Translations under genes and position numbers: made by a program
Origin: an uncultured Bacteroidota bacterium
GTDB taxonomy: Bacteria; Bacteroidota; Bacteroidia; NS11-12g; UBA955
NCBI GenBank assembly: GCA_937867025.1
Contig: CALMKH010000147.1
Location: 1-61,391, forward strand
Direction: 5' to 3'
Length of the DNA: 61,391 nucleotides
In this document: piece after piece, positions 37,040 through 45,727 of the stretch
Layout of the letters: each line of letters starts with the position of its first letter
Position numbering within the stretch: position 1 is the stretch's first letter
The notes under the pieces: model-generated
What the model was told of the DNA's origin: nothing
The model's database searches: none
Seen by the model: the letters and a program-made list of their open reading frames with translations, nothing else

Positions 37040-38035
37040 TTACTTAAGGGTATTTAAATAGTCAAGCATCATGGGATATACCTGGTCCCATCCTTTCTGG
37101 AATGTAAACAGGTTATGGCCTACACCCTTCACTTCATGCAATTCTGCATTGGGAAATGCCGAAGATACTTTCAGTGCATGAGACAGACCATACGACGTGT
37201 TGCGCTCACTGTACAGGAACAGCACTTTGGTCGTAAACTTATGCAGGTTTGTTGTCCAGTCGGGCCTGTTTTTATTTGCCAGATCAAAATGGACTTTATA
37301 GGATACTGCCCCTCTCCGCCAGTATGGAACCCTGCCTTCGTTGCCAAGGGAGCCTCCCGCATCGGATGCCGCGTCCAGCAAATTCTGTTTATAATCCAGG
37401 ATGGCGTGCTCGTCCTTCTTTCCCGATATGAATTGCGCACTGTAAGCCGCATCATTTAATTCTTCACCGAAATAGTTAAGATCGTGGGCACGGCTTATAT
37501 AATCCAATACATCCTGCCAGATAAAACCACCCGGTTCGCAAAGAATTGTTCCTTGTACATCATTTGGATACAGATTAATGTAAGCTGTAGCCAGCATGGC
37601 TCCCCACGATTGTCCAAGCAGGAATACCTTTTGTCCCGGAGATGTACGGTAGTGAGCGATTACGGCCCTTAAATCCTCAAAGGCCAAGTCCAGGGTATAG
37701 GTAGAGTAAGGGAACCGTTGCGACAAACCTGCGCCGCGCTGGTCATAAAAAACCACCCTGTATCCCTGATCCGCAAATGCCTTGAAATTAAACAGGTAAC
37801 GGTAGTCGTTACCCGGTCCTCCATGCAATACGACTATCATGGCGCTATCAGCCGGCCCGAATGCCTCTGAATGGAATTTTGCCCCATTAACCGTTATGGA
37901 GGGCAGGCTTGGATCCTCATCGACTGTTTTATGAACCAGGTTACCGGTTTCATTGATCTTGAGCTCCTTATTGCATGCTGAAAATGCAACTGTTGAAATA
38001 ATGGCTATTGCCAAAAATAATTGTTTATTCTTCAT
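37040..38035 (-). CDS. Alpha/beta hydrolase, prolyl aminopeptidase-like (S33) lipoprotein
   Basis: Lipobox AFSAC, HGGPG motif, nucleophile elbow GQSWGA, and a C-terminal GVGHN catalytic His region. Confidence 0.85.
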   Translation of the reverse strand: MKNKQLFLAIAIISTVAFSACNKELKINETGNLVHKTVDEDPSLPSITVNGAKFHSEAFGPADSAMIVVLHGGPGNDYRYLFNFKAFADQGYRVVFYDQRGAGLSQRFPYSTYTLDLAFEDLRAVIAHYRTSPGQKVFLLGQSWGAMLATAYINLYPNDVQGTILCEPGGFIWQDVLDYISRAHDLNYFGEELNDAAYSAQFISGKKDEHAILDYKQNLLDAASDAGGSLGNEGRVPYWRRGAVSYKVHFDLANKNRPDWTTNLHKFTTKVLFLYSERNTSYGLSHALKVSSAFPNAELHEVKGVGHNLFTFQKGWDQVYPMMLDYLNTLK

Positions 38036-38060
38036 ATTTTATTATGTATTAAAATTGGGG

Positions 38061-38068
38061 CAAAAGTA
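38061..38068 (-). promoter_or_regulatory. -7 promoter box (TACTTTTG on minus strand) for the hydrolase gene
   Basis: The reverse complement of caaaagta matches TAnnTTTG, 25 nt upstream of the start at 38035. Confidence 0.4.
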
Positions 38069-38160
38069 AAATCAAGGGACAGGCCCCATCGACCTAAAAG
38101 GTAGGGTAATACACGTTTTTATGAAAACTCAAGGAATATCAACTGCCTGATAATTAATGG

Positions 38161-38198
38161 TATATGTAAGTTGAGACCTATATGTGAGAGTTGAGACC
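38161..38198. repeat. Tandem direct repeat TATATGT(A/GAG)AGTTGAGACC x2
   Basis: Read directly: tatatgtaagttgagacc immediately followed by tatatgtgagagttgagacc. It lies 10 nt beyond the AraC-family gene stop and about 95-135 nt upstream of the hydrolase promoter box. Confidence 0.6.
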
Positions 38199-38207
38199 GG
38201 GAAAGAA

Positions 38208-39392
38208 CTATTCCAAACGCATATTCAGGCCGCTTAAATATTCCGAAGGAGAAATTCCGGCTATTTTTTTAAAATTCCTGTTGAATGAGGATTTTGAATT
38301 AAACCCGCAGTCGTAAGCCAGTGAAAGCAGGGTGAACCTTTGATTTCCCCCGGCATTGACAATCTGTTTAAATTCCTGTATTCGCTGGACATTAATGTAG
38401 TCATAAAAGTTCTTTTGCTCCAGTGTATTAATTACCTGGGACAGGATATTAGGGTGTACATTCAATCTCTGTGAAAGTTCTGCCAGGGTTAATTCCGGAT
38501 TCCTGTACAGTTTATTCTCCTCCATCAGTTTGACGAGCTTTTGATGGATTGCCCTTGCAGCTGCATCACTTAAGCTTGATTTGCTATACTTTGCATGGAC
38601 GTTTTTCTTTTCAGAGGCTGTTTCCGTGGATTCATCCTTAATCCCGGCCGCCGTTCCGCTGATTTCAACTGCCGGACTGTAACCGGGTGGATTATTGCCT
38701 GAATCCCCATAAATATTGGGGTGCTGCGTAAATATACCCACCTGGTTTATTCCATAATATCCTATAAAGATCACATACAGGACAACCGCGCCAAAAATGT
38801 ATTCATCGCCAACATGAAGTAAAATAATTAACCAAATGATACAAAGTCCAAGGATCAGATACCTCAGCCAATCAAGGTTAATTTTTTCCAAATAGGAGAA
38901 CTGATTTGCAATATTTCGTTTGTGATTCTTCAGCACAATTAATGATTTGGATAGATAGGCTATTCCCGAAATGGCGGTAGCCAACCGGAGAATGAACATT
39001 TGCACCTCATATCCCTTGCCTTTGGCCTGGTACACCTCGATCTTGTTATCATATGATGTAGCGAAAAAACCTATAAAAAAGAGATATGATATAACAAATG
39101 GCAGAAAATGCACCCATTTGTGCTTCATGCTGGTGGATTGGCTGGTTAATGATGTGGTATACAGGAATAAAAAAGGTCCATGTATAAGGGGTAAGGGGAT
39201 TTCCATACCTAGCAAATACGGAAAATGAATATATTGACCGCTAAAATAAATGTAAAACAATGTCAGGTGTATCCCGATAAATAATAACCAAAGGGACAAT
39301 ACCTTGTCAGCATAACTTTTTTCTTTCTTTCCCAACATGATGATGGATAGAAAAAACGTCAAGATTATACCCGTCAAGTACATATTTTTCAC
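38208..39392 (-). CDS. Membrane-anchored AraC-family transcriptional regulator
   Basis: The N-terminal ~230 aa form about 6-7 TM helices. The C-terminal AraC HTH_18 domain has LAELSQRLNVHPNILSQVIN...LLSLAYDCGFNSKSSFNRNFKKIAGISPSEY. Confidence 0.85.
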   Translation of the reverse strand: MKNMYLTGIILTFFLSIIMLGKKEKSYADKVLSLWLLFIGIHLTLFYIYFSGQYIHFPYLLGMEIPLPLIHGPFLFLYTTSLTSQSTSMKHKWVHFLPFVISYLFFIGFFATSYDNKIEVYQAKGKGYEVQMFILRLATAISGIAYLSKSLIVLKNHKRNIANQFSYLEKINLDWLRYLILGLCIIWLIILLHVGDEYIFGAVVLYVIFIGYYGINQVGIFTQHPNIYGDSGNNPPGYSPAVEISGTAAGIKDESTETASEKKNVHAKYSKSSLSDAAARAIHQKLVKLMEENKLYRNPELTLAELSQRLNVHPNILSQVINTLEQKNFYDYINVQRIQEFKQIVNAGGNQRFTLLSLAYDCGFNSKSSFNRNFKKIAGISPSEYLSGLNMRLE

Positions 39393-39508
39393 AAAGGTAA
39401 TTCAATTGCCAGAAATGACTTATATGTTTATTTAAATCCCTGGAACACACCATCCATATGCTGGTGATACGGTTCCTGTAAAGCATGCCGTTGATGGAAA
39501 ATTTCTAA

Positions 39509-39536
39509 AAAAAGCCGGACAATGATGCCCGGCTTT
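39509..39536 (-). terminator. Rho-independent terminator of the large T9SS cargo gene
   Basis: On the minus strand: AGCCGG-gcatcattgt-CCGGCT followed by T7, about 30 nt past the stop at 39566. Confidence 0.7.
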
Positions 39537-39565
39537 CAACCTGAAATTTATATTGTTATGCTCAT

Positions 39566-42500
39566 CTATCTCCGGATTACCAGGCGTCTCAAGGCCACTG
39601 CTCCGCCGGTTTTCACTTTTACAATGTATATGCCTGCGCTTATTCCCGAAACATCGACAATATGAACGCCTGCCTGAACCGTACCGGTATATACCTCTTT
39701 GCCGTCAAGCGCCAGGAGGCTCACAAGCCCTTCTCCTTTTTCCAGACTGACAAGGACTTCGGACGTGGCGGGATTCGGATACACGGATATGCCGTTGTTA
39801 AGCTGGTTTTCATCAATGTTTACTTTCCTGGTGGCATGGCCCCCGATAACAAAATCGAATGATGTCAGGCTGGGATCGTTGCTGAGGATATGCACGCTGG
39901 TCCTTCTCAAACCCGTATCGGCAGGCATGAAGCTGATGTTTACGGATAAGCTGTCACCTGCGGCTATATCCTGCGGGAAAGTAATGCCCTGGAGGGTAAA
40001 TTCGGTCGCCTGGGAACCCGAAACAACAATGGTGCTCACGTGCAGATTGGTGTTGCCGGTGTTAAACATTTTGAACGTGCGTAATTGCGAATTGGGTATT
40101 TCAACGCTTCCGAAATCGGTGTGGTTTGCCAGTGAAAAGCCCAGGCTTCCGTTACTGATGACCCTGTTATTGCCTTTAACTTCCAGTACCGGTGAGGTTC
40201 CCGTTCCAAGGACATCAAACGTGAACATCCCCTCATCTGCATCATTGCTGGCTATGGTAACGGTCGCCAGGTGTAATCCGTTGACAGCCGGATTAAATGC
40301 GATGTCTACAAATGAGGAATCGCCAGCTGCTATCGGAGAAGCCGGGGTTAATGCCCCCAGGCTGAATGATCCTGCATTCGCTCCTGATAAAGCAATGTTG
40401 TTGACGGTCAGCTCATCCGTACCCGTATTTACAATAAAAAAACGATTGGTCTTGCTGCCGTTTTTCATCACATTGCCGTAAAACGTATTATCTGCTGAAC
40501 CTGGTGTGTTGTCACCGGAGTTGATAAGCGCACCATTGCCTTTTACGGATATTTCCTGGGCTATGGCAGTGCCCCGGATATTGAAATTATACAGGGGTTT
40601 GCCGTCATCATCATTATCAATTCTCATCTCGGCAACACGCGCACCAAGCGCCAGAGGCATGAACGTCACATCGACAGACAGGCTGTCTCCCGGACTGACT
40701 GTTTTGGGATAAGTGGCTGCAGGTATTGTAAAATCATTGTTGTTCAGCCCGGCTATGCTGATGCCGTTAATGGTGAGGTCTTCTGTTCCGGTATTGAAAA
40801 TTTTGAAACCGGAGGTTTTCTGTTTGCTTATATTCAGTTGGCCGAAATCGGTCAGATCCGCACTGCTTGGGATCAGGTCATTGTCCGCAATAAGCACGTG
40901 ATTGCCTTTCACAAGGATAGCCGGTATAACGGCCGTACCCTGGATGCTGAAATCGTATGTCGCTTCATTGGGGTCGTTGCTGGAAACGTTCATTTGAGCA
41001 ATCCTCAGACCGCTGGCAGCAGGAAGAAATGTTACCGGCACTGTCATTGTTTTGTTCGGACCCAATTTTCTCGGATATGTAATGGTAGGGAATGTAAATT
41101 CTGACGCATGGGTTCCGCTGATGCTTATATTGTTTATTTTCAGCGTGTCAGTTCCCGCGTTTACAATGGTGAATATCCTCGTCAGAGCCTTGTTAACCCT
41201 TGTCTTGCCGAAATCGGTGCTGTCGGACAGGTCGGGTGTTGCATCACCGTCCGCAATAGACGTATTGTTGCCTTTGATGTCTATTTCCGCAGCCTTGAGA
41301 GTGCCCCTTATCGCAAAATTATAGGTGGCTTCATTGCTGTCGGAATTATCGATGTTCAGTGTGGCATTGCTGACGCCGACAGACACAGGGGTAAAAGTTA
41401 CCTGGAAGCCAAAACTGTCGTGAGCGGCGATAGTGACGGGATATGTGATGGTCTGCGGAACGAATTCAGTCCTTTGTGCGCCTGTCGTATAAATGTTGGT
41501 GATCTCAAGATCGGTGTTGCCGTTGTTGAACACCTTGAATGTTTTCACAACGGAGGTGATGACAAGCGTTGATCCGAAATCTGAATGATCGTTGGCTGCG
41601 GGACTGTTATCGTTGTCGAGGATATTGATATGATTGCCTTTTACAAGGATTTCCGGCACTACGCCGAGACCCCCGTCCTTCAGCACATTTTGTGCATATA
41701 TATCTTCCGATGAGCCACTCCTGGCATCATCCCATGCAATGAATGCGCCTCCGAACTCATCTTTTGTCATCACATTATTCAGCTGGTCGCCGCTGGCAGA
41801 AGCTATCAGCGTACCGTTTGTGGTCCATTGCATGACTCCGGAACTGTTGACTGACTGGGCGTAAATATCATAATGGCTTCCGTTTCGCATATCGCTCCAG
41901 GACATGATTGCACCGCCTGCATCGTCGGAAATAATCACCGGCATTTCCCTTAACCCGCTGCTGCCGCAAACAACTGCGCCATTCGTGGTCCATTGTGCAT
42001 TGCCCGCATAATCGACGCGCTGGACATACACATGGTTTGCTCCGCTGTTCCGGCCGTCGATCCATGTAACAATGGCGCCGAACGCTCCATCGGTCGTTAT
42101 TCTGCAGCTATGCTGGTTGCCTGAAGAGGTACATATTCCTACCCCTGTGGAAGTCCATACCATCGCTCCGGAAGCGTCAATTCTCTGCGCATAGATGTCC
42201 CAGTTTGCACCCCGGGTATCATACCAGCATATGACAGCACCTCCGGAATCATCGGATACAATATCAGGTGCAAGCTGGTCATTCACTTCGGTATTGACTG
42301 CAACCCCATCCGTGGCCCATTGCATGCTCCCGCTGAGATCAATTTTCTGGGCATAGATATCATATACATCGGCCTTTTTAGAGTTCCTGCCGTCATCCCA
42401 GGTGATAATGGCATTCAGATTGCCTGCATCCATAGTGATCCTCGGCGTGCGTTGATGCCTTGTTGCAATACAGACAGCCACGCCATCGCTTGTCCATGCC

Positions 42501-43087
42501 ATTGTTCCGCTGGATCCTACACGCTGCGCATAAATGTCCCCTTCGCTGTTGCGGTAATCTTCCCAGACAATAATGGCAGAACCGTTACTGTCGTATACCA
42601 TTCTCACATTGAGCTTATCCGCTCCCGGAGAACATATTTCAACCCCATCCGTAGCCCATTGAATAGTTCCGCTGGAGTTTACAAGCTGAGCATGAATGGC
42701 CTTGGCGCCGCTGACGTAATGTGTCCAGCAGATGTACGCGCCTCCGTTGCCGTCGGATACAACCTGAGGAAGCACCTGGTCATCTGCGCTGCCGCAGATA
42801 AGTACACCGCCTGCCGTCCATTGCTCGTCGCCAAGCGCATCATACCTTTGGGCATAGATATCATAACTTTTGCCGCGGATATCAGCCCAAACGACGATAG
42901 AACCGCCATTGCCATCATATGTTATATCCGGCGTAATCTGCCTGCTCGTTTCCGTACAGACCGGATTGTTTACCCAGTGGTATTTGGGCCATTGGGCACA
43001 GGCCTGGCTGATTACCAGGAGCAGGCACGAAAGAAGAAATTTTTTCAGGGGATTTGAAAGGTGATGAAAGCATAATAGATAGTTCAT
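39566..43087 (-). CDS. Large T9SS-secreted repeat protein (propeller-like repeats plus five Ig-like 'choice-of-anchor D/HYDIN-like' modules plus CTD)
   Basis: Probable start MNYLLCFHHLSNPLKKFLLSCLLLVISQACAQ (ORF-track start 43150). Repeat content is described in the two repeat features. The C-terminal ISVYPNPATSEVLVSLEK...GIYIVKVKTGGAVALRRLVIRR is a T9SS CTD. Confidence 0.85.
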   Translation of the reverse strand: MNYLLCFHHLSNPLKKFLLSCLLLVISQACAQWPKYHWVNNPVCTETSRQITPDITYDGNGGSIVVWADIRGKSYDIYAQRYDALGDEQWTAGGVLICGSADDQVLPQVVSDGNGGAYICWTHYVSGAKAIHAQLVNSSGTIQWATDGVEICSPGADKLNVRMVYDSNGSAIIVWEDYRNSEGDIYAQRVGSSGTMAWTSDGVAVCIATRHQRTPRITMDAGNLNAIITWDDGRNSKKADVYDIYAQKIDLSGSMQWATDGVAVNTEVNDQLAPDIVSDDSGGAVICWYDTRGANWDIYAQRIDASGAMVWTSTGVGICTSSGNQHSCRITTDGAFGAIVTWIDGRNSGANHVYVQRVDYAGNAQWTTNGAVVCGSSGLREMPVIISDDAGGAIMSWSDMRNGSHYDIYAQSVNSSGVMQWTTNGTLIASASGDQLNNVMTKDEFGGAFIAWDDARSGSSEDIYAQNVLKDGGLGVVPEILVKGNHINILDNDNSPAANDHSDFGSTLVITSVVKTFKVFNNGNTDLEITNIYTTGAQRTEFVPQTITYPVTIAAHDSFGFQVTFTPVSVGVSNATLNIDNSDSNEATYNFAIRGTLKAAEIDIKGNNTSIADGDATPDLSDSTDFGKTRVNKALTRIFTIVNAGTDTLKINNISISGTHASEFTFPTITYPRKLGPNKTMTVPVTFLPAASGLRIAQMNVSSNDPNEATYDFSIQGTAVIPAILVKGNHVLIADNDLIPSSADLTDFGQLNISKQKTSGFKIFNTGTEDLTINGISIAGLNNNDFTIPAATYPKTVSPGDSLSVDVTFMPLALGARVAEMRIDNDDDGKPLYNFNIRGTAIAQEISVKGNGALINSGDNTPGSADNTFYGNVMKNGSKTNRFFIVNTGTDELTVNNIALSGANAGSFSLGALTPASPIAAGDSSFVDIAFNPAVNGLHLATVTIASNDADEGMFTFDVLGTGTSPVLEVKGNNRVISNGSLGFSLANHTDFGSVEIPNSQLRTFKMFNTGNTNLHVSTIVVSGSQATEFTLQGITFPQDIAAGDSLSVNISFMPADTGLRRTSVHILSNDPSLTSFDFVIGGHATRKVNIDENQLNNGISVYPNPATSEVLVSLEKGEGLVSLLALDGKEVYTGTVQAGVHIVDVSGISAGIYIVKVKTGGAVALRRLVIRR
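39824..41653 (-). repeat. Five tandem coding modules, each exactly 122 aa (366 nt)
   Basis: By my hand count each of the five modules is 122 residues. Each begins (E/A/V)I/L-x-VKGN and contains TDFG, F-x-(I/V/M)-x-N-x-G-(T/N)-x-x-L and a (V/I)xFxP strand. Each ends ATYNF/ATYDF/LYNF/FTF/FDF-x-I/V-x-G-T/G. Confidence 0.75.
41654..42937 (-). repeat. About 7.5 tandem 54-59-aa coding repeats with core 'GG-aI-v-W-D-R....DIYAQ-v...G...W...GV.vC'
   Basis: Counted by hand in the translation. DIYAQR/K/S/N (or the variants AIHAQL, HVYVQR) recurs every 54-59 residues, with W, GGA and GV.IC at conserved offsets. Confidence 0.75.
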
Positions 43088-43254
43088 AATATTTACGTTT
43101 GTTTTGTTAAGGACAAAATTAATGTTAAAAAAATGTACTTTTCCACTCAATGGAAGACATTTTTGTAACTTTCGTAAAATAATTTGATTAAATGCAAGAG
43201 AGCAGAATTGTATGCTCTTAAAAAACAGACCACTACATCCTTAAGGATAGTGTT

Positions 43255-44724
43255 TTAATAAGCCTTTGCGAACAGTACTCTCTGAGCGGAGGGCTTTCCG
43301 GTAAGCACGCATTTCCCTTCTTCCCGCTTATTTTCCAACGGTATGCACCTGATAGTGGCTTTTGTCATTTCCTTGATTTTTTCCTCCGTTTCACCGCTTC
43401 CGTCCCAGTGGGCGGAAATAAACCCTCCCTTATCCTCAAGAACTGAAACAAATTCGTCCCAGGAATTAACCTCATGAATATTGTTATCCCTGAAAACTCT
43501 CGCCCTGTCAAAAATAGCTTTCTGTATATCTTCGAGCAGATTTTTCACGTACATGTCGATGCCTTCCTGTTTCTGCACGGATTTCTCCTTCGTGTCGCGT
43601 CTTGCCAATTCCACTGTCCCGTTCTCGACATCCCTTGGCCCGATGCCAATTCTCAGCGGAACACCTTTCAGTTCCCATTCGGCAAATTTGAATCCTGGTT
43701 TAAAGGTGTCCCTGTCATCGAACTTGACACTCAGGTTCAGTGCCTCGAGTTTTTTCTTTATATCCCTTGCCGCATCCGACACTTTTTCGCGCTCTTCATC
43801 ACTCCTGTATATCGGCACTATCACTACGTGAACAGGAGCCAGGTTGGGAGGCAGCACAAGGCCGTCATCGTCGCTGTGCGCCATAACAAGCGCTCCCATA
43901 AGCCTGGTGGAAACTCCCCAGCTTGTAGCCCATACATGTTCCAGCTTCCCTTCCTTTGTCTGGAAACGCACATCAAAAGCCTTTGCAAAATTCTGCCCCA
44001 GAAAGTGTGAAGTGCCCATCTGGAGGGCTTTTCCGTCCTGCATCAGGCCTTCTATGCAATATGTCTCAACCGCCCCGGCAAAACGCTCATTTTCCGTTTT
44101 TACGCCTTTCACCACGGGTATGCCCATAAAATTTTCGGCAAAATCCGCATACACGTCCAACATCTGTTTTGTTTCTACTATCGCCTCTTCCGACGTGGCA
44201 TGTGCGGTATGGCCCTCCTGCCATAAAAATTCCGCGGTGCGCAAAAACAGGCGGGTGCGCATTTCCCAGCGGACCACATTCGCCCACTGATTGATCAGTA
44301 TGGGCAAATCCCTGTAACTCTGTATCCAGCCTTTGTAAGTGTTCCATATAATAGCCTCGCTGGTGGGCCTTATGATCAGTTCTTCTTCAAGCTTTGCCTT
44401 TTCATCCACCACAATGCGTCCATTCTCCACTTTCAGCCTGTGATGGGTAACAACAGCGCATTCCTTGGCAAAACCTTCGGCGTTCTTTTCTTCCTTTTCA
44501 AAGAATGATTTCGGTATGAGCAAAGGGAAATAGGCGTTTGAATGGCCTGTCTGCTTAAACATCTTGTCGAGCTGTTGCTGGATTTTCTCCCAAATTGCAT
44601 ACCCGTAAGGTTTGATAACCATGCATCCCTTCACTGCCGAATGCTCGGCCAGATCAGCGTCTTTTACCAGATTATTATACCACTCACTGTAGTTCTCACT
44701 CCTTTTTATTTTTTCGAAAGCCAT
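43255..44724 (-). CDS. proS: Proline--tRNA ligase (archaeal/eukaryote-like type)
   Basis: N-terminus [46 protein letters not shown]. Class II motifs [15 protein letters not shown] and [10 protein letters not shown]. The ~489-aa length lacks the bacterial INS editing domain. Confidence 0.95.
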   Translation of the reverse strand: MAFEKIKRSENYSEWYNNLVKDADLAEHSAVKGCMVIKPYGYAIWEKIQQQLDKMFKQTGHSNAYFPLLIPKSFFEKEEKNAEGFAKECAVVTHHRLKVENGRIVVDEKAKLEEELIIRPTSEAIIWNTYKGWIQSYRDLPILINQWANVVRWEMRTRLFLRTAEFLWQEGHTAHATSEEAIVETKQMLDVYADFAENFMGIPVVKGVKTENERFAGAVETYCIEGLMQDGKALQMGTSHFLGQNFAKAFDVRFQTKEGKLEHVWATSWGVSTRLMGALVMAHSDDDGLVLPPNLAPVHVVIVPIYRSDEEREKVSDAARDIKKKLEALNLSVKFDDRDTFKPGFKFAEWELKGVPLRIGIGPRDVENGTVELARRDTKEKSVQKQEGIDMYVKNLLEDIQKAIFDRARVFRDNNIHEVNSWDEFVSVLEDKGGFISAHWDGSGETEEKIKEMTKATIRCIPLENKREEGKCVLTGKPSAQRVLFAKAY

Positions 44725-44749
44725 GTATTGCTAATTGGAATAATTTTTG

Positions 44750-44757
44750 TACCTTTG
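44750..44757 (+). promoter_or_regulatory. -7 promoter box (TACCTTTG) for the Tyr/Gly-rich lipoprotein gene
   Basis: TAnnTTTG match 51 nt upstream of the ATG at 44809. It forms an inverted repeat with the box at 44764..44771. Confidence 0.35.
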
Positions 44758-44763
44758 ATTGTG

Positions 44764-44771
44764 CAAAGGTA
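44764..44771 (-). promoter_or_regulatory. -7 promoter box (TACCTTTG on minus strand) for proS
   Basis: caaaggta is the reverse complement of TACCTTTG, 39 nt upstream of the proS start at 44724. Confidence 0.35.
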
Positions 44772-44808
44772 TTACTTAAAAGCAATTTGCGCATAAAAAA
44801 ACAGCATT

Positions 44809-45705
44809 ATGAAACAAATTTTGAATTTATCAATTCTCGCTCTTGTTTTCAGTTCCTGTTCCATGCAAAAGCAGGCTTCCACTGCAACAGGAAGGACTGA
44901 TGAGGTCTATTTCACTGTTAACGATACCCGGAAAAAAGCCAGCTCCACAGCATCGGAATACCAAGGGGAAAGCCTTCAGGACAAGGACCGGAACAGCAAT
45001 GCCGGGAATTATACCAGCAGCTATTCCAACCGCCTGCGGAATTTCGGCAGTTCACAACGCTTCAATTATTCAAATTACCAGCCGGTACTTGTTCAGACCA
45101 TGTTCTATAATCCCTACACAGGCTGGTCGATAGGCATGAGTTATGTCGATCCGGATTACGGATATATGGGTGGTTATAACAGTCCTTTTTCCCCATACTA
45201 CGGATACTACATGCCATACGGAGACCCGTTCTATACTTATGGATGGGGTGGTTCATGGATGACCGGCTATTACCCGTATTATACCTATAACCCTTACTAT
45301 TTCAACGGATGCGGATACGGCTGGGGCTATGGACGCGGCTATGGGTACTACGGATACAACAGGGGTCAGTTTTATAATAACTACAATTATTACAACAGGC
45401 CTTCCGGCGGAGCTTCGAGGCCGAATTATTCCCGCAGGACCGGAAGTTCGAACAACCAGCCTTATACTCAACCAAGTCAGCAGCAGAACTCCGGCAACAA
45501 CAATAACAATAATAACAGCGGAAACGGAAAGTGGTATGATGGCGGCAACAGTGACAGGGGTGGTTCTTCCGGAAGCAGCAGCGGTGGTTCATGGAGCAAA
45601 CCTTCCTCAGGATCCTCGGGCAGTTCCGGTGGCAGCGGCAGCAGTTCAGGCGGCAACAGCGACAGAGGCTCATCAGGTTCAGGCGGAAGTACCCGCAGAC
45701 GTTAA
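44809..45705 (+). CDS. Lipoprotein with an extreme Tyr/Gly/Asn-rich and Ser/Gly-rich low-complexity body
   Basis: Lipobox LALVFSSCS. The core is YYGYYMPYGDPFYTYGWGGSWMTGYYPYYTYNPYYFNGCGYGWGYGRGYGYYGYNRGQFYNNYNYYN. It is followed by QQQNSGNNNNNNNSGNG and a GGNSDRG...SSGSSGGSGSSSGGNSDRG tail. The other-frame ORFs here are low-complexity shadows. Confidence 0.6.
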   Translation: MKQILNLSILALVFSSCSMQKQASTATGRTDEVYFTVNDTRKKASSTASEYQGESLQDKDRNSNAGNYTSSYSNRLRNFGSSQRFNYSNYQPVLVQTMFYNPYTGWSIGMSYVDPDYGYMGGYNSPFSPYYGYYMPYGDPFYTYGWGGSWMTGYYPYYTYNPYYFNGCGYGWGYGRGYGYYGYNRGQFYNNYNYYNRPSGGASRPNYSRRTGSSNNQPYTQPSQQQNSGNNNNNNNSGNGKWYDGGNSDRGGSSGSSSGGSWSKPSSGSSGSSGGSGSSSGGNSDRGSSGSGGSTRRR

Positions 45706-45727
45706 TATATAGCCGTTTTCTATCAGC

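Noticed and set aside
39699-43064. Several long + strand ORFs (for example 39699..40481 and 42320..43057) inside the large T9SS cargo gene
   Set aside because: These are shadow frames of a GC-rich, repeat-rich minus-strand gene. The minus-strand product has a coherent signal peptide, repeats and CTD architecture.
45253-45712. Alternative-frame ORFs (72-127 aa) across the Tyr/Gly/Ser-rich gene
   Set aside because: Low-complexity codon repeats keep other frames open. Only the + frame starting at 44809 has a lipoprotein signal and a promoter box.
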